DNA from: Desulfatiglandales bacterium
GTDB lineage: Bacteria > Desulfobacterota > DSM-4660 > Desulfatiglandales > Desulfatiglandaceae
Length of the DNA stretch: 64,000 nt
Assembly (NCBI GenBank): GCA_963666345.1
Contig: OY762721.1
Coordinates: 544,001 to 608,000 of the forward strand
Reading direction: 5' to 3'
Both the position numbers and the translations under genes were made by a program. Within the stretch, counting starts at the first letter, position 1. Each line of letters starts with the position of its first letter. The notes below the pieces were generated by a model. It had not been told where the DNA came from and made no database searches. It was given only the letters and a program-made list of their open reading frames with translations. This document shows, piece after piece, positions 22,801-34,072 of the stretch.

Positions 22801-25637
22801 ATCGGGGCAAGCTGGGTGACCGTGTAATCCCCTGAGCTTGTATCCGCCAGTTGGACCTCGATCACCTCCACCCACTGCCCGAAGCCGTTATCCGATATCA
22901 GCAGATCTGAGGTAGCTATCATACTGCTCCCTACAAAATCATAGTCCCCTTCTCCTCCCTGATACTGGGAGATGACAAGGTTCTGGCCGTCAGGCGAAAG
23001 CTCATATTTGAACTCCCCTGGCATAGCCATCGGAAATCCATTTGGCACGGCTGCGATGAACTCAACGCCGTTTGGCGGCCCTTCGTAACCGTACTCAGGA
23101 AGGCTTGCACCGGTAAGGAGCACAGTACCGGGACCGTCCGCTCCGTAGCTGTGTGCCAGGGTGCCTGTGGTGTGGAGGGGCTCGGGAAGATCGTCTTCTC
23201 CGCCGAAGTTGGGATCGTCATAGGTCTCGACAGCGTTCTCGTCATCCAGGAGCACATCCGGGTTGTCTTCCACTATCACCGGGGTGTCGTCATCAACGTT
23301 TATGAGGAAGCTTCCGTCCATGGTGTCACCGTCAGCATCGGTCACCTGGTAGTCGACGGTAAAATCAAGGTTTTCTTCAAATGTGCCTGACTCAGGATGA
23401 AACACCGGCGCATTCTGGGTAACCGTGTAATCACCGGAACTGGCCTCTGCCATGGTAACAGTAAGCACAGCAACAGGACCATCTCCCTGGTCCTGGTAGA
23501 TTGTAAGGGTCTGTCCCTCGTCTGTTACCTGCGAGCTGAATCCACCCTCAGATGGCAGGTCAGCACCTGTAAGAAGCACAGTGCCTGCACCATCTGCTCC
23601 GTAGCTGTGCGCCAGGGTGCCTGTGGCATTGGCTGTTGCACCAAGGTCACCCTCACCACCGAGGTTCGGATTATCATAGGGAACTTCTGCATCTTCATCA
23701 TCTAAGAGCACATCGGGGTTGTCTTCAACAATAACAGGTGCATCGTCATCAACCGTTACCGTAAAGGCACCATCCTGCGTATCCCCGTCCGCATCCGTCA
23801 CTGTAAAGGAGACATCTATTATGTTGTCATCTTCCGTGTTTATTATCTCATGGGCCAAGGCCTGGTTAAGCGTAAAGGTGTATTCACCCCCCTCAACAGA
23901 TGGATCAACTACTATTGTCCAGGCATTGTCAGCACCAGTAAGGGTAAGTGTCTCAGCATCCCAGGCGGCACCTGCCGCTGAAAGAGCGAAACCTGCACCA
24001 TTTGATCCTGCACCGTCCGCTCCAAAGGACACTCCAAGGTTTCCCGTGGCTGTAATCGCCTCACCTTCAAGGTCACCACCTTCGTAACTGTCACCAATGT
24101 TTCCTCCTTCAAGCCCTTCTTCATCCACTGACACACTGGTAGTATCTCCAATCACCGGGATGTCATCCGTCACCTGAAGCGTCACGATTACCGCGGGGGC
24201 TTCGTCACCGTCTGCGTCCTGCCCAACAATAGCCACAGTGTCAAGCACATTCGTCTGCTCGCCCTGGTCGTCCTGACCCAGAAGCACGTTATCCAAAAGG
24301 GTGTAGGTATAGGTGCCGTCAATGTTTACCAGCAAAGAGGCAGCTGCTGCCGTGTCGTCCGTGCCAAGGAACGTTCCGTCCTGGCCCCAGTAAACGGTTG
24401 CGCCTGCCGCAAAATCCTCTCCACCGACGCTGAAACCGACAGCCGAGCCAAATCCGTCGGCCCCCCAGTTCACGTTATCCACTATGGTCCCGCCGACCGA
24501 GTCTACTCCTCCGTCATCCTCATCTATGCCGCCTTCCATTTTCTCGTCTTCCACCGTCACGGTGTCGGAGATCGCTGGTCCCATCATGGTATAATTGGAG
24601 TCATCAAATGGGCCTTCCGGCTCGTATTCCCAAGCTTCGGGGATATCGTCATCAAATGTCACTGCCAGGGTGCCGTTTGCAGTATCGCCGTCACTGTCAA
24701 ACACTGTGTAGGTAAGTGTGGCGGTGGCGTCGTTTTCAGTATTATCGCCTTCCTCACCGTCCAAAGATTCGTGCAGCACGTTATCCAATAACGTAACAGT
24801 GTATTCACCTGTAAGCGGGTTTACCTGCACCTCAAAAAGGGGCGTATCCGCTCGATCACCATCTGATATAACGGCTGTAAGCGTGCTTGTGCCTGCATCC
24901 CAGCTGTAGGTGACTTCCTCCGTGCCTACCATGGCGGTCTGACCGTTCATACCGGCAAAACCGATAAAGCCCGGGCCGTCTCCTCCAAAGTCGTGCGCGA
25001 GCACACCGCTGAAGGTCGCTTCGTTAAAGTCATCATCAGGGTCAACAACTTCATCCCCGATACCGCCTTCTATACCTCCGGGCAGGCCTTCATCGTCCAC
25101 CGTCGCAAAGGACTCACCCGCGGTAGGCTGATAATCAATATCGTCCCCGTCAAACGGATCAACCGCATCACCCGTTAGCCCGGTCGTCTCGGCGCCGCTT
25201 CCGGGGGTGACCTCTTCTCCCGTCAGGTCAAAGCTCACAATCGGGTGGCCTCCGCCTGCCCCTGCTGCCCCGCCCGCAGCGGTTGCCTCAAGCTCTATCT
25301 CCTCTCCGCCTTCAAGAAGCGCCTGCTGGATCTGCTCGGCATCGGCTGTGGCCTCGGCCACATCTTCAGGAGCAACACCCGCATACACATCCTCATCTAT
25401 TACGATATCGCTCATCCTGCCGATATCAAGCTGCGTGGGGGGAGGTCCGTCAAGCATTATGGAGACGCTTCCGTCATCCTCGGTTATTATGCGGTCAAAG
25501 GCGAAGATCGGGCTGTTTACCGACAGGACCCTGGTAGCGCCGTCCTCGGATACGGCCTTTACCTTACCGTAGATGATAAATGCCTTGCCTACCGCCTGAT
25601 TCGTACCGGATGCCTGCGTAGATGCCGTGTCTGCCAT
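10821..25637 (-). CDS. Giant retention-module RTX adhesin 1 (LapA-like, 4938 aa): retention module with TAAG site, Ig-like repeats including 8 x 251 aa, vWA, RTX nonapeptides, T1SS C-terminal signal
   Basis: N-terminal VG..II.G.VKA..EDG..RVL..IFAFD; LEATAAG at residues ~116-122; v[20 protein letters not shown] repeats; AAGGAG RBS. Confidence 0.93.
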   Translation of the reverse strand: MADTASTQASGTNQAVGKAFIIYGKVKAVSEDGATRVLSVNSPIFAFDRIITEDDGSVSIMLDGPPPTQLDIGRMSDIVIDEDVYAGVAPEDVAEATADAEQIQQALLEGGEEIELEATAAGGAAGAGGGHPIVSFDLTGEEVTPGSGAETTGLTGDAVDPFDGDDIDYQPTAGESFATVDDEGLPGGIEGGIGDEVVDPDDDFNEATFSGVLAHDFGGDGPGFIGFAGMNGQTAMVGTEEVTYSWDAGTSTLTAVISDGDRADTPLFEVQVNPLTGEYTVTLLDNVLHESLDGEEGDNTENDATATLTYTVFDSDGDTANGTLAVTFDDDIPEAWEYEPEGPFDDSNYTMMGPAISDTVTVEDEKMEGGIDEDDGGVDSVGGTIVDNVNWGADGFGSAVGFSVGGEDFAAGATVYWGQDGTFLGTDDTAAAASLLVNIDGTYTYTLLDNVLLGQDDQGEQTNVLDTVAIVGQDADGDEAPAVIVTLQVTDDIPVIGDTTSVSVDEEGLEGGNIGDSYEGGDLEGEAITATGNLGVSFGADGAGSNGAGFALSAAGAAWDAETLTLTGADNAWTIVVDPSVEGGEYTFTLNQALAHEIINTEDDNIIDVSFTVTDADGDTQDGAFTVTVDDDAPVIVEDNPDVLLDDEDAEVPYDNPNLGGEGDLGATANATGTLAHSYGADGAGTVLLTGADLPSEGGFSSQVTDEGQTLTIYQDQGDGPVAVLTVTMAEASSGDYTVTQNAPVFHPESGTFEENLDFTVDYQVTDADGDTMDGSFLINVDDDTPVIVEDNPDVLLDDENAVETYDDPNFGGEDDLPEPLHTTGTLAHSYGADGPGTVLLTGASLPEYGYEGPPNGVEFIAAVPNGFPMAMPGEFKYELSPDGQNLVISQYQGGEGDYDFVGSSMIATSDLLISDNGFGQWVEVIEVQLADTSSGDYTVTQLAPIMHPESGTFEENLDFTIDYRVTDGDGDTVDGSFLINVDDDTPVVYLSDIDLDTLTLDESPVPDPVEVPVEDDGIDDGIHSVTADFSDNFDDDGDNFGADGPGYVDYRLSLQGQMASNPDLGDAIAGGGVLLVGGVGSGLYALDPTDIETSIDGYGQGEEILLYQEFGDIVGKVGQTEYFRISVDNDPQSPTFGHVTFSQSNNIWHDLPGDDPATEHDDVETLNALPGSILLTKTVTDSDNDSASASLDLSQGVFSFDDDGPSIDAGEVIAADTFSVDESDLSTDAEHNFADNFTPAIDYGEDGAGSVDYELVLNDTGSGVGSGLYAIDATDTDATDGDGYGQGEEIIMTQSGDVITGSAGGTDYFTITLDPSTGDVELNQLAAIWHGDDSDHDDTETLTTTLSSDLQIKATVTDADGDTADHSIDLGASVFSFDDDGPSATIGSEGASISVDESADGDDVSGALGQASAVLVNSTGSAYGADEEGGTSEFSLTISSDGTDSGLDTTDGTDVLLYNNAGTIEGRAGGDVAFDFTIDSDTGEVTLTQYLSLTHDDDTNYDDAMNLSAGVIGAKVTVTDGDGDVATDELDISAMFSFEDDGPSATFDTGDVDEGATLTVAAANGVLSNDEAGADGYESGGGVVGVRAAGGDTTTDASGNVGTEIAGLYGNLTLDADGGYTYKSTSDGITSDVSDVFVYTIEDGDGDLSTTTLTIDLTDSGLVATNDDEVTVYEEALDLNEDGADLAAGTVTGSLPGSIGETDASNSLTGNVSGGFGTLTYELVGSATGSYGEIEIDSDGSYIYTLTKPFDTDPASDNGTNTEDNAESFTYKVTDANGNTDTATIYIDIVDDVPTATFDTGDVDEGATLTVAAANGVLSNDEAGADGYESGGGVVGVRAAGGDTTTDASGNVGTEIAGLYGNLTLDADGGYTYKSTSDGITSDVSDVFVYTIEDGDGDLSTTTLTIDLTDSGLVATNDDEVTVYEEALDLNEDGADLAAGTVTGSLPGSIGETDASNSLTGNVSGGFGTLTYELVGSATGSYGEIEIDSDGSYIYTLTKPFDTDPASDNGTNTEDNAESFTYKVTDANGNTDTATIYIDIVDDVPTATFDTGDVDEGATLTVAAANGVLSNDEAGADGYESGGGVVGVRAAGGDTTTDASGNVGTEIAGLYGNLTLDADGGYTYKSTSDGITSDVSDVFVYTIEDGDGDLSTTTLTIDLTDSGLVATNDDEVTVYEEALDLNEDGADLAAGTVTGSLPGSIGETDASNSLTGNVSGGFGTLTYELVGSATGSYGEIEIDSDGSYIYTLTKPFDTDPASDNGTNTEDNAESFTYKVTDANGNTDTATIYIDIVDDVPTATFDTGDVDEGATLTVAAANGVLSNDEAGADGYESGGGVVGVRAAGGDTTTDASGNVGTEIAGLYGNLTLDADGGYTYKSTSDGITSDVSDVFVYTIEDGDGDLSTTTLTIDLTDSGLVATNDDEVTVYEEALDLNEDGADLAAGTVTGSLPGSIGETDASNSLTGNVSGGFGTLTYELVGSATGSYGEIEIDSDGSYIYTLTKPFDTDPASDNGTNTEDNAESFTYKVTDANGNTDTATIYIDIVDDVPTATFDTGDVDEGATLTVAAANGVLSNDEAGADGYESGGGVVGVRAAGGDTTTDASGNVGTEIAGLYGNLTLDADGGYTYKSTSDGITSDVSDVFVYTIEDGDGDLSTTTLTIDLTDSGLVATNDDEVTVYEEALDLNEDGADLAAGTVTGSLPGSIGETDASNSLTGNVSGGFGTLTYELVGSATGSYGEIEIDSDGSYIYTLTKPFDTDPASDNGTNTEDNAESFTYKVTDANGNTDTATIYIDIVDDVPTATFDTGDVDEGATLTVAAANGVLSNDEAGADGYKSGGGVVGVRAAGGDTTTDASGNVGTEIAGLYGNLTLDADGGYTYKSTSDGITSDVSDVFVYTIEDGDGDLSTTTLTIDLTDSGLVATNDDEVTVYEEALDLNEDGADLAAGTVTGSLPGSIGETDASNSLTGNVSGGFGTLTYELVGSATGSYGEIEIDSDGSYIYTLTKPFDTDPASDNGTNTEDNAESFTYKVTDANGNTDTATIYIDIVDDVPTATFDTGDVDEGATLTVAAANGVLSNDEAGADGYESGGGVVGVRAAGGDTTTDASGNVGTEIAGLYGNLTLDADGGYTYKSTSDGITSDVSDVFVYTIEDGDGDLSTTTLTIDLTDSGLVATNDDEVTVYEEALDLNEDGADLAAGTVTGSLPGSIGETDASNSLTGNVSGGFGTLTYELVGSATGSYGEIEIDSDGSYIYTLTKPFDTDPASDNGTNTEDNAESFTYKVTDANGNTDTATIYIDIVDDVPTATFDTGDVDEGATLTVAAANGVLSNDEAGADGYESGGGVVGVRAAGGDTTTDASGNVGTEIAGLYGNLTLDADGGYTYKSTSDGITSDVSDVFVYTIEDGDGDLSTTTLTIDLTDSGLVATNDDEVTVYEEALDLNEDGADLAAGTVTGSLPGSIGETDASNSLTGNVSGGFGTLTYELVGSATGSYGEIEIDSDGSYIYTLTKPFDTDPASDNGTNTEDNAESFTYKVTDANGNTDTATIYIDIVDDVPSITAQAGAETYSFTAEYQNVGVAGYDNSYGYYIKDGNGDPTTGEIIWANVKAAGGPVTVEGYAPEQVGFFIIPDGAGQNPDLADGDDITFQQVGGVWQALQDGTALTGEGANIFFDNAALNVDGYSHVQDNEWAGNQNWEDLFWDTDSDYEDVNINVTWNAGVKVDESDFGTDDTKDFSTYFDIEGGADGLESVAYTLGVATAGVDSGLVDSKSGNDVFLFVESGEVVGREGTDALNAESGDIVFTVSVDGTGNVTLDQARAVMHSTSDPNEIITLADAGSVTLTATATDGDGDTAADTIDIGTLLRFGDDAPTAEDDSDSVTEDGSTVATGNVLTGVDVPGGDANTTDGVADDAGADGGPAVTWVRTGEIGDSSTPVNPGSSLAGDYGTVTLNADGSYEYELDNDNGDVQSLDEGETLTDIFTYSMRDADGDTSMATLTITINGTDDAPEILTVTDASYDEEALSEGNPGDSYTGHVGDLADMPDGDVNSTGTLDIDYGSDGPAAVDPLVIELDTAGVQTADGQDVVWSSVDNKAYIDGTSTEVFAITVNGDGTYTYSQSLALMHGTVDAEDDLELDFSFTATDGDGDTAQGSFTVTVDDDAPLASDISTDVDEATAPSTNLMIILDMSGSMDWGSGVSGYATRLAVAKEAIDNLISEYDDRGDVMVRIVTFSSSASAYGSTWMTATDAQNYITGLNDYAGNGGTNYEAAIEEAMDAFNDSGAITDAQNVSYFLSDGDPNDGYEIGSTDEGVWEGFLEDNHIISFALGMGDDITSTATLDPIAYDGITPEEIPAVIVDDLADLADVLAGSVITPATGSLLDGVDFGADGEGTLEVVSIAHDTDGNGTIDPDEVYDTSSPEYDSGTDTLTITTHEGGTLSVNFETGDYSYSSPANVTEDTPEVFTYTIRDGDGDTASADLTITIKDGVPTALGDSGTAEEGFWSPGSDVTYDGTVTEPPVWTGPTTTAVSGTWSVDPSGWSSNVVTVDTSHFSLEADASHQASVSVYIDVKKYNPDDTVSVALYKDGVQVGASQSVTSDGIKIFTGIDENGTYYVRLSADDNTFWSGNLKVDMKNLSYTAYDLETSETVITVTAPDFDWTDAVAASGNVLDNDDAGNDGGMLVTEVDGEIPDGNGVITVTTANGSLQVYTVAYDGHDAGDYVYTPVASDIPPGTSDTFTYTVQDADGSEDTADLTVGITDHPYAATTGDDVFQGGAGNDTAVGDAGNDHLAGGAGDDTLSGSDGTDILEGEAGNDTLNGNGGSDYLSGGAGNDTLDGGAGNDILDGGAGDDTMTGGDGTDIFRAGEGHDTIIDYDQSEDDLIDFTNIAGIDHYGVRDDGGDAELVLYGDAAETTELGSVTFDNIDYGDLTVGDELNSLLDDIDIDD
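14983..21002. repeat. Intragenic tandem array, 8 x 753 bp (251 codons), almost identical copies
   Basis: The unit start GGTACATCATCCACTATG recurs at 14983, 15736, and so on; the only differences I noticed are at 17138 (E to K) and 20958 (synonymous). Confidence 0.97.
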
Positions 25638-25660
25638 GGTGATATCTCCTTATATTGGAT
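24646..25660. repeat. ~1-kb block (RBS, retention module and first Ig-like domain) shared by all three adhesin genes
   Basis: Aligns without gaps to 33024-34038 (offset 8378) and 39296-40310, with one short divergent patch and a few SNPs. Confidence 0.9.
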
Positions 25661-25694
25661 CGATTTTATGGCTTTTTATTGCAATTTTGCCCCT

Positions 25695-25740
25695 AATCTA
25701 GCCTGTAGCGCCCTTACGGTCTATTGTACCTTGGTACAGG
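25695..25740 (-). promoter_or_regulatory. Adhesin 1 promoter: palindrome TGTACC-TT-GGTACA (25725-25738) abutting TAGACC-17nt-TAGATT
   Basis: The 22-mer GTCTATTGTACCTTGGTACAGG is conserved at identical spacing upstream of all three adhesins. Confidence 0.7.
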
Positions 25741-25810
25741 CTTTTAAACTTTTTTATGAAAAAATGGAGCTTTCAAGCCTAAAAATCCTTTCCAAAAGCG
25801 GTTTGCCGAT

Positions 25811-25859
25811 AAAAAAACTGCCGCGAAGGCGCTGAAATCGTCTTACACGGCAGTCTTTT
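25811..25859 (-). terminator. Intrinsic terminator of adhesin 2
   Basis: ACTGCCGCG..CACGGCAGT; the C/A mismatch on + is a G-U pair on -, followed by a U-tract on -. Confidence 0.7.
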
Positions 25860-25891
25860 GCTGTTACAGGGTTATATGTTATTGCTATTGT

Positions 25892-28800
25892 TTATGTTGT
25901 AGGGTCTTCCGGATCCACGTCAACCTGCCCTAACAGAGAGTCAAGTTCATCACCGACTGTTAAATCACCGTAACCGATGTCATCGAAGGTGACGCTCCCA
26001 AGTTCGGTATTGGTGTCGTCATAAAGGACCAGTTCGGCATCATCGCCGTCCGCTCTCACACCATAGTGGTCCAGACCGGCAATATGAGTGAAATCAACAA
26101 GATCACCCTCGGCCTGATCATAATCCATGATGGTGTCATGACCCTCACCCGCCCTGAACGTGTCAGCTCCTCCATCTCCTGTCAAGGTGTCGTCGCCGGC
26201 ACCGCCGTCAAGTACGTTCGCGCCGTTGTTTCCGGAAAGGGTGTCGTCATAGTCGGAGCCTGTGAGGTTTTCGATACTGTTGAGATGATCCCAGCCGGAA
26301 CCGCCTGTATTCTGCCAGCCGCCATTGTCGAGATCTACGTTGACCGAACTTCCTGCGTCTGCATAGGACGCGGTATCGTTGCCGCCTTGGCCATCCAACC
26401 AGTCGTTACCGGCACCACCGGCCAGGTAGTCGTTGCCCTGCCCGCCGAAAAGCACGTCGTCTTCAGTACCACCGGCAAGGATGTCGTCGCCGCCTTGGCC
26501 ATTCAACCAGTCGCTGCCGGCACCGCCTGCAAGGATGTCGTCGCCGTGACCCCCGAAAAGATCATCGTTACCACCGTTTCCGATCAGGATGTCATTTCCT
26601 TCATTGCCGGATAATGTATGCCCTGAATTGTTATCAATGAGTATCTCGTCCTGCCAGGTCCCGTTAATGCCGCCGGAACCGTCGCGGGTCACGGTCACGT
26701 TTCCCGTATCCGACTGCGATCCGGCGCTGTTCGTGTAGACAAACGAACCCCCGGAGGTCCCGTCGTCGTCAAAGGAGACCGAATCAGGGGAAAGGGTCAC
26801 GGAATCTGCCCCGTCAGAGGAATCGATCCCTGTGATCGCCTGGTCCACACCGTCGGGAGGCGTGTCATTTGCCAGAAGCGCCCAGTCGGGAATCTCAACT
26901 GTTCCATTGCTTGAATACCTGGCGATAACGTTATCATCCCGCACAACCAGAGGACCGTTTCCAGGATCGATGCCGATGTGGAGAGTCGCCCCGTCAGTAT
27001 CACCGTCATTATCAATGAGGGTATAGTCAAAATCCTCACTGATCGCTCCGGTAATTATGGCAGGAGGAGTGTAGGTGTATTCACCTGTATCAAAATCAAG
27101 CTCTATGGTGCCGCCCGAACCGATATCGATAGTCTGAACAGGATTTCCTTCCTCATAAAAGTAAGTCACCCCGTCCACGATAATCGACTGCACATGCCCG
27201 CCGTCCGCTCCGAATTCAGCAGACGTGCCGCTTCCCAGATAACCGCTTAAAGGCAGCGCGTACGCGGTGTTGGCAAGGATGGTTGAAAGCTGACTCAGAT
27301 CGGTTACAACAACCGCCGGTATTTCAGAGCCGGAGGCCCCGTCATAGGCAAGTGGGTTGAGATCGTCTTCATCAACATTTTCACCCATGCCCATGGCATA
27401 GGATCTGATGTCATTGGAATCCAGGAAACTCTCCCAGGCCGCCTCATCAGAGGAATCAATACCTTGGCCGCTACTGGGTTTTCCATCCGAGATAAAATAG
27501 GAAACGCTCTGCGCCCCGGGGATCGTTCCCGGATCCGCGTAAGCGGATTCCACCGCTGCTACGGCATCCTTATAGTCGGTGCCGCCGCCCGCGTTAAGAG
27601 ACATCAGCGCGGCCTTTGCCTCGTCGATGCTCAACCATCTGTCATCATCTGATCCGGCTTCCCAGGCCGAACCATTGAACGCGATCAGCTTTACACTCAC
27701 ATCGCCCAGGGCGTCATACTGCTCAAACAACTCATTTATGGACGTCTTTGCAAGCTCAAGCCTTGTCAGGCCATCCACGCCGGATTGATCACCCATGCTT
27801 CCCGAGACATCAAGCGTTATGATCAGGTTGGTGTCGGTCTCAAAGCTTGAGGTCTCCTCGCTCGAGACATCCTGGGCCACAGGCATATCATCGTCAAAGG
27901 TTATGCCGAACGTTCCGTCAACCGCATCCCCGTCGGCATCCGTGACCGTGTAGGTGAGCTGAACCTCAGCGTCGTTCTCATAAGGGGCCTCGGGTGTGCC
28001 CAGATCGAAGGTGATCTGTTTGACGTTGTAATCACTGCTGTCATCGCCTGAGGTGTCGTCACTTCCGGTCCGGGCCGAGAAGCGGATTTCATCGAAGCCG
28101 CCTTCGGGACCCGTGATCACGAGCTGGAAATCGCCCCCTGTGCTGTCCGCCGTGAATGTGGTGGCAGCCTGGACCAGATTGCCGTTGTTGTATAGCTCGT
28201 AAGCGCCGACCTCGTTCCCCACGCCGCTTTCCGTGGAGTAGAAAACGTTGATGTCCACAGTGGCCGTGGTGGCGATCATTCCGTCGGCTGCCTCACCCGC
28301 TCCATTCTGAAGCTCAAAGGTCATGACCTCGGACGTGGTGTCGGACGAGTTGCCGTCTTGGCCGAGATAGTTAATCTCATTGCTGTAGGAGGCGCTGCCG
28401 TCAACATCCGAGGTAATGCCGAAGGCCGTCCCGTCACCTGATTCATTCGAGTTAAAGTTGAGGGCGGCATCGGGATCTTCCGGTACAGCCACGGTAACCT
28501 TTACCATATCGCCTGCTGCCATGCCGCTGCCGAGATCCGTATTTCCGGTGTTTACGCTTATCTGCTGAGGATCGAGAAGCTCCGGAGGATCATGAAGCAC
28601 GTTATCAAGCAGAGTAACCGTGTAAGCGCCTGTTGAGGGATCGGTCACCTCAACCTGGAAAAGATCCGTGCCGTCCCTGTCACCACCGGTTATGGTGGCG
28701 GTCAAAGTGTCTGTGCCCGCATCCCAGCCGTATGTAACGGTCTCTGTGCCCACGGTAGCCGTATCACCATCCATCGAGGCAAAATCAATATCTCCGGCTC

Positions 28801-31800
28801 CGTCCGCGCCGAAGCTGTGCGGCAGGACCCCGCTCGTCGTGAACAGTTCACCTGCCACATCGCCCGGTCCTTCCGGGATTCCGCCCTCCAGGCCTTCATC
28901 GTCAAGCGTCGCAGCCGTTACGGCACCGGCGGTCGGGCCGTCATCATCAACCGTCACTGTAAAGCCGCCGTTCTGTGCGTCGCCGTCGGCATCCGTCGCG
29001 GTGAACGATACGTTGATTGTATTGTCATCCTCGGTGTCCGCTTCAGTATGCGTAAGTGCCTGGTTCAATGTGAACGTGTATTCCCCACCTTCAACAGATG
29101 GATCTACAACGATCGTCCAGGCATTATCCGCTCCGGTCAGAGTCATAGAGGCCGCATCCCACGCGGCTCCCGCAGCTGAAAGTGCAAAACCTGATCCTGC
29201 AGCAGCCGGGCCATCCGCACCAAAGGATACCCCAAGATTGCCAGAAGCCGTAACCGCCTCACCCGGCAGGTCGCCACTTTCGTAACTGTCTCCCGCGTTT
29301 CCTCCTTCAAGGCCTTCCTCATCCACTGATACGCTGGTCGGTATCCCGATTACCGGCACATCATCCGTCACAAACAGGTCGACATATACCGGAGGGCCTT
29401 CGTCACCGTCAGCGTCCTGACCGGTTATAGCCACCGTAGCAAGTATGTCCATCTGCTCGCCCTGAATCTCCTGACCCAGAAGCACGTTATCCAAAAGGGT
29501 GTAGGTATAGGTACCGTCAATGTTTACCAGCAAAGAGGCAGCTGCTGCCGTGTCGTCCGTGCCAAGGAACGTTCCGTCCTGGCCCCAGTAAACGGTTGCG
29601 CCTGCCGCAAAACTCTCTGCACCGACGCTGAAACCGACAGTTGAGCCAAAGCCGTCGGCTCCCCAGTTCACGTTATCCACTATGGTCCCGCCGACCGAGT
29701 CTACTCCTCCGTCATCCTCATCTATGCCGCCATCCATTTTCTCGTCTTCCACAGTGGCAGCTTCAAAATCAGGACCCGCAAAGTTTACGGAAGCAAGCAT
29801 CGGGCCATCAATGTAATCGATTGGGCCCTCATCATACCACATCTCAGGCATGTCATCGTCAAAGGTGACGTTAAAGGTGCCGTCAACCGCGTCCCCGTCA
29901 GCATCCGTAACCGTGTAGGTAAGGGTGGCTAAAGCGTCATTTTCAGTATTGTCGCCTTCCTCACCGTCGAGAGAGTCATGAAGCACGTTATCAAGCAATG
30001 TCACCGTATAGGCGCCTGTAGAGGGATCGGTCACCTCAACCGTGAAAAGGGCCGTGCCGTCCCTGTCACCACCGGTTATGGTCGCGGTCAGTATGCCCGC
30101 GTCCCAGCCGTATGTAACAGTTTCAGTCCCTATAAGGGCCGTATCATCGTCCATTGAGGCAAAATCAATAGCACCGGGTCCGTCCGCGCCGAAGTCATGG
30201 GGAAGGATGCCTGTTAACTGGGTCGCCTCGCCTGCCACATCACCCAAGCCGCCGGGGATTCCGTCTGACAGACCTTCGTCGTCCAGGGTTACGGAGTATT
30301 CTTCGTTCCCAAAACCACCGGTTGCAGACACAGTATCCATGGCCCCTGCAGGAAGTCCGAAAAAGGTCTCAAGCGCGCCTTCAGCCGAACCGGATGAGGT
30401 AAGCCTCGCCATAAAGCTGCCCTCAGCCGGGGTTCCCCCGCCCTCGTCATGGCTCTTTACAACAGACACATTTCCGATGCTTCCCCAGCCTGAAAGGTCA
30501 CCGCTTTCAAAGCTTTCTGCCACTACTCCGTTAACCGCCAGGTTGTCTATCAGCAGGTGCGAGTCAACCCCCGTATCGATCGTGTTCATCGCCCCGAACC
30601 CGATCTCAAGCGGACCGTCTACAGTTGCAACATGAGTGAACGTTGCCCAGCCGGTCGCGTTGAAATCACCCACCTGGCTGACATCCGCCAGTTTGGTGGC
30701 AACCCCGTCGATCACCACGAATCCGAAGTCATTAAACGGCGCGTAGTCATCAGCATCAAACGACCAGCTGAAGGTCACCTCGTCCCCCGCGTTTACATCA
30801 AGTGTGGTGCTTATGGCTGACCCGTTGGTCGCATCTGTAAAAGGTGAGTAAGGCACTTCAGTGACAGGTATGATCGGCATATCGTCCGTCACCTGAAGGG
30901 TGACATTTACCGCCTGCAGGTCACCGTCTGCGTCCTGACCGGTTATGGACACCGTGTCAAGCACGTCCGTCTGCTCGCCCTGCACGCCCTGACCCAGAAG
31001 CACGTTATCAAGAAGGGTGTAGGTGTATGTGCCGTCACTGTTAACCAGAAGCGAGGCCGCAGCTCCACTACCCGTTGTACCTTGGAACGTGCCGTCCTGA
31101 GCCCAAAAAACGGTCGTGTTCACATCAAAGCTCGCCTGACCAACGCTGAACCCTGTCGCGGAAGCAAATCCGTCCGCTCCCCAGTTCACGTTATCCACTA
31201 TAGTGCCGTCGACCGTGGCTACTCCTCCGTCATCCTCATCAATACCCCCATCCATCTTCTCGTCTTCCACGGTAACCGTGTCGGAGCCGCCTTCAACATA
31301 AAGCTCGGGCATGTCGTCCGTTACCTGAAGCGTGACATCTACCGCCTGCAGGTCACCGTCTGCGTCCTGACCGGTTATGGATACCGTATCAAGCACGTCC
31401 GTCTGCTCGCCCTGGTCGTCCTGACCAAGAAGCATGTTGTCGAGAAGCGTGTAGGTATAGGTGCCGTTACTGTTCACCAGAAGTGAGGCCGCCGCACCCT
31501 CCCCTTCGGTTCCAAGAAAATTACCGTACTCATCCCAGTACACGGTCGTGTTCACATCAAAGCTCGCCTGACCAACGCTGAACCCTGTCGCGGAAGCAAA
31601 TCCGTCCGCTCCCCAGCTCACGTTATCCACGATGGTCCCGTCAACAGAGGAAACTCCTCCGTCATCCTCATCTATGCCCCCTTCCATCTTCTCGTCTTCC
31701 ACGGTAACCGTGTCGGAGCCGCCTTCCACATAAAGTTCGGGCATGTCGTCCGTTACCTGGAGCGTGACGTTTACCGCAGGGGCTTCATCACCGTCCGCGT

Positions 31801-34015
31801 CCTGACCAACAATAGCCACAGTGTCAAGCACGTCCGTCTGCTCGCCCTGGTCGTCCTGACCCATGAGCATGTTGTCCAAAAGGGTGTAGGTGTATGTGCC
31901 GTCGCTGTTTACTATAAGCGAGGCTGCAGGAGTCGGCAGCTGATCCACAACTTCCACGGACATCATTAAGGCCGGGCCCGTGGAGGAAGCCATCAGCCCC
32001 TCCCCCATGAAATTACCGTACTGATCCCAGTACACGGTGGTTCCGGCCTCAAAGCTCTGCTCACCGACCGTGAACTGAACCACGGAACCAAAATCATCGG
32101 CCCCCCAGTTCACGTTGTCTACTATGGTCCCATTTACTACTCCCAGCCCTCCGTCATCCTCATCATTTCCGCCGGTCATCTTCTCATCTTCCACGGTAAC
32201 CGTGTCGCTTGATCCGCCGCCAACCGTGATCTCCCCGCCGATGACATTGAACACCCAGTTGCCGTCAGGAGAGGTAGAGGGATTACTGGTCGTTTCAAGC
32301 CCAAGCATGCCTGCCTGATCACCAGCCTGAGGAAGCTCGTAGTAATTAACCCCGTCCCCCGCGGTCCAGCCGGCCCTTGCAATCACACCGCCAAGTCCGT
32401 CCGTGCCGCCGCTTGCATCACCGGTCGTCCAGTCTATGTTCTCATAGCGGAACTCAAAGCCGAAATCGCCGTCCCCCTGATCAAAGATGCGCAACTGAAA
32501 CCCGTTAACAAGGCTCGTATCCTGGCTATAAAATCCCACATCATCCCAGGTGATCGTGATCACACCGTTTACCTCGTCAAGGTCATACCAGACAAGGTTG
32601 CTTCCGGTGGAATTACCCCCGGGGGAGACATTTCCATCCGCTCCCCGTGTGTCGACATCCGCGAAGAAGGGCGCGATCATAGGATTAGAGGTCGCTCCGG
32701 TGATCGCGAAAGGGGTATAGGTGCCCATGGCACTTTCAAAGGTAATGTTACCGTTGTTGTTGATGTAAAAACCATTGTATGTCTGGCCGAAAAGGTTCAT
32801 GCCGCCCGTGAAGATAGAGGTGACATCAATAAATCCGGTCGAACCGTCATCATTGGCCGCAAGGAAATTCTCTCCGAATCCATTGGGGCCGCCAAGGTTG
32901 TTCACCAGGACGTTTCCGCCTTCACCAGGTCCGGGAATACCCGTATAGGAAGAAGCCATAGCAACAACATCCTGGCCGTCCGGCTCTTCAGGCTCGCCTT
33001 CGTCTCCCAGCAGTTCAGGCGTGTCGTCATCAAATGTCACTGCCAGGGTGCCGTTTGCAGTATCGCCGTCACTGTCGCTCACCGTGTAGGTAAGTGTGGC
33101 GGTGGCGTCGTTTTCAGTATTATCGCCTTCCTCACCGTCCAAAGATTCGTGCAGCACGTTATCCAATAACGTAACAGTGTATTCACCTGTAAGCGGGTTT
33201 ACCTGCACCTCAAAAAGGGGCGTATCCGCTCGATCACCATCTGATATAACGGCTGTAAGGGTGCTTGTGCCTGCATCCCAGCTGTAGGTGACTTCCTCCG
33301 TGCCTACCATGGCGGTCTGACCGTTCATACCGGCAAAACCGATAAAGCCCGGGCCGTCTCCTCCAAAGTCGTGCGCGAGCACACCGCTGAAGGTCGCTTC
33401 GTTTCCGTCATCATCAGGGTCAACAACTTCATCCCCGATACCGCCTTCTATACCTCCGGGCAGGCCTTCATCGTCAACCATGGCAAAGGACTCACCCGCA
33501 GTAGGCTGATCATCAATAGCATTCCCATCAAGCGGATCAACCGCATCACCCGTTAGCCCGGTCGTCTCGGCGCCGCTTCCGGGGGTGACCTCTTCTCCCG
33601 TCAGGTCAAAGCTCACAATCGGGTGGCCTCCGCCTGCCCCTGCTGCCCCGCCCGCAGCGGTTGCCTCAAGCTCTATCTCCTCTCCGCCTTCAAGAAGCGC
33701 CTGCTGGATCTGCTCGGCATCGGCTGTGGCCTCGGCCACATCTTCAGGAGCAACACCCGCGTACACATCCTCATCTATTACGATATCGCTCATCCTGCCG
33801 ATATCAAGCTGCGTGGGGGGAGGTCCGTCAAGCATTATGGAGACGCTTCCGTCATCCTCGGTTATTATGCGGTCAAAGGCGAAGATCGGGCTGTTTACCG
33901 ACAGGACCCTGGTAGCGCCGTCCTCGGATACGGCCTTTACCTTACCGTAGATGATAAATGCCTTGCCTACCGCCTGATTCGTACCGGATGCCTGCGTAGA
34001 TGTCGTGTCTGCCAT
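25892..34015 (-). CDS. Retention-module RTX adhesin 2 (~2707 aa): retention module with TAAG site, nidogen-like (NIDO) domain, Ig-like repeats, vWA, RTX, T1SS signal
   Basis: ATG at 34015 matches the adhesin 1 start and RBS; NDDGS..YINNNGNITF..IAPFFADVDTR (NIDO); DVSGS MIDAS; GG.GND repeats. Confidence 0.92.
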   Translation of the reverse strand: MADTTSTQASGTNQAVGKAFIIYGKVKAVSEDGATRVLSVNSPIFAFDRIITEDDGSVSIMLDGPPPTQLDIGRMSDIVIDEDVYAGVAPEDVAEATADAEQIQQALLEGGEEIELEATAAGGAAGAGGGHPIVSFDLTGEEVTPGSGAETTGLTGDAVDPLDGNAIDDQPTAGESFAMVDDEGLPGGIEGGIGDEVVDPDDDGNEATFSGVLAHDFGGDGPGFIGFAGMNGQTAMVGTEEVTYSWDAGTSTLTAVISDGDRADTPLFEVQVNPLTGEYTVTLLDNVLHESLDGEEGDNTENDATATLTYTVSDSDGDTANGTLAVTFDDDTPELLGDEGEPEEPDGQDVVAMASSYTGIPGPGEGGNVLVNNLGGPNGFGENFLAANDDGSTGFIDVTSIFTGGMNLFGQTYNGFYINNNGNITFESAMGTYTPFAITGATSNPMIAPFFADVDTRGADGNVSPGGNSTGSNLVWYDLDEVNGVITITWDDVGFYSQDTSLVNGFQLRIFDQGDGDFGFEFRYENIDWTTGDASGGTDGLGGVIARAGWTAGDGVNYYELPQAGDQAGMLGLETTSNPSTSPDGNWVFNVIGGEITVGGGSSDTVTVEDEKMTGGNDEDDGGLGVVNGTIVDNVNWGADDFGSVVQFTVGEQSFEAGTTVYWDQYGNFMGEGLMASSTGPALMMSVEVVDQLPTPAASLIVNSDGTYTYTLLDNMLMGQDDQGEQTDVLDTVAIVGQDADGDEAPAVNVTLQVTDDMPELYVEGGSDTVTVEDEKMEGGIDEDDGGVSSVDGTIVDNVSWGADGFASATGFSVGQASFDVNTTVYWDEYGNFLGTEGEGAAASLLVNSNGTYTYTLLDNMLLGQDDQGEQTDVLDTVSITGQDADGDLQAVDVTLQVTDDMPELYVEGGSDTVTVEDEKMDGGIDEDDGGVATVDGTIVDNVNWGADGFASATGFSVGQASFDVNTTVFWAQDGTFQGTTGSGAAASLLVNSDGTYTYTLLDNVLLGQGVQGEQTDVLDTVSITGQDADGDLQAVNVTLQVTDDMPIIPVTEVPYSPFTDATNGSAISTTLDVNAGDEVTFSWSFDADDYAPFNDFGFVVIDGVATKLADVSQVGDFNATGWATFTHVATVDGPLEIGFGAMNTIDTGVDSHLLIDNLAVNGVVAESFESGDLSGWGSIGNVSVVKSHDEGGGTPAEGSFMARLTSSGSAEGALETFFGLPAGAMDTVSATGGFGNEEYSVTLDDEGLSDGIPGGLGDVAGEATQLTGILPHDFGADGPGAIDFASMDDDTALIGTETVTYGWDAGILTATITGGDRDGTALFTVEVTDPSTGAYTVTLLDNVLHDSLDGEEGDNTENDALATLTYTVTDADGDAVDGTFNVTFDDDMPEMWYDEGPIDYIDGPMLASVNFAGPDFEAATVEDEKMDGGIDEDDGGVDSVGGTIVDNVNWGADGFGSTVGFSVGAESFAAGATVYWGQDGTFLGTDDTAAAASLLVNIDGTYTYTLLDNVLLGQEIQGEQMDILATVAITGQDADGDEGPPVYVDLFVTDDVPVIGIPTSVSVDEEGLEGGNAGDSYESGDLPGEAVTASGNLGVSFGADGPAAAGSGFALSAAGAAWDAASMTLTGADNAWTIVVDPSVEGGEYTFTLNQALTHTEADTEDDNTINVSFTATDADGDAQNGGFTVTVDDDGPTAGAVTAATLDDEGLEGGIPEGPGDVAGELFTTSGVLPHSFGADGAGDIDFASMDGDTATVGTETVTYGWDAGTDTLTATITGGDRDGTDLFQVEVTDPSTGAYTVTLLDNVLHDPPELLDPQQISVNTGNTDLGSGMAAGDMVKVTVAVPEDPDAALNFNSNESGDGTAFGITSDVDGSASYSNEINYLGQDGNSSDTTSEVMTFELQNGAGEAADGMIATTATVDINVFYSTESGVGNEVGAYELYNNGNLVQAATTFTADSTGGDFQLVITGPEGGFDEIRFSARTGSDDTSGDDSSDYNVKQITFDLGTPEAPYENDAEVQLTYTVTDADGDAVDGTFGITFDDDMPVAQDVSSEETSSFETDTNLIITLDVSGSMGDQSGVDGLTRLELAKTSINELFEQYDALGDVSVKLIAFNGSAWEAGSDDDRWLSIDEAKAALMSLNAGGGTDYKDAVAAVESAYADPGTIPGAQSVSYFISDGKPSSGQGIDSSDEAAWESFLDSNDIRSYAMGMGENVDEDDLNPLAYDGASGSEIPAVVVTDLSQLSTILANTAYALPLSGYLGSGTSAEFGADGGHVQSIIVDGVTYFYEEGNPVQTIDIGSGGTIELDFDTGEYTYTPPAIITGAISEDFDYTLIDNDGDTDGATLHIGIDPGNGPLVVRDDNVIARYSSNGTVEIPDWALLANDTPPDGVDQAITGIDSSDGADSVTLSPDSVSFDDDGTSGGSFVYTNSAGSQSDTGNVTVTRDGSGGINGTWQDEILIDNNSGHTLSGNEGNDILIGNGGNDDLFGGHGDDILAGGAGSDWLNGQGGDDILAGGTEDDVLFGGQGNDYLAGGAGNDWLDGQGGNDTASYADAGSSVNVDLDNGGWQNTGGSGWDHLNSIENLTGSDYDDTLSGNNGANVLDGGAGDDTLTGDGGADTFRAGEGHDTIMDYDQAEGDLVDFTHIAGLDHYGVRADGDDAELVLYDDTNTELGSVTFDDIGYGDLTVGDELDSLLGQVDVDPEDPTT

Positions 34016-34038
34016 GATCAAATCTCCTTATATTGGAT
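31308..34038. repeat. 2.73-kb direct repeat, near-identical to 37580-40310
   Basis: Constant offset of 6272; adhesins 2 and 3 share their first ~900 aa apart from a few substitutions (EDD/EGD, LPG/LAG). Confidence 0.93.
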
Positions 34039-34072
34039 CGGGTTAATGGATTTTCAAATTTATTGTAGTCCT

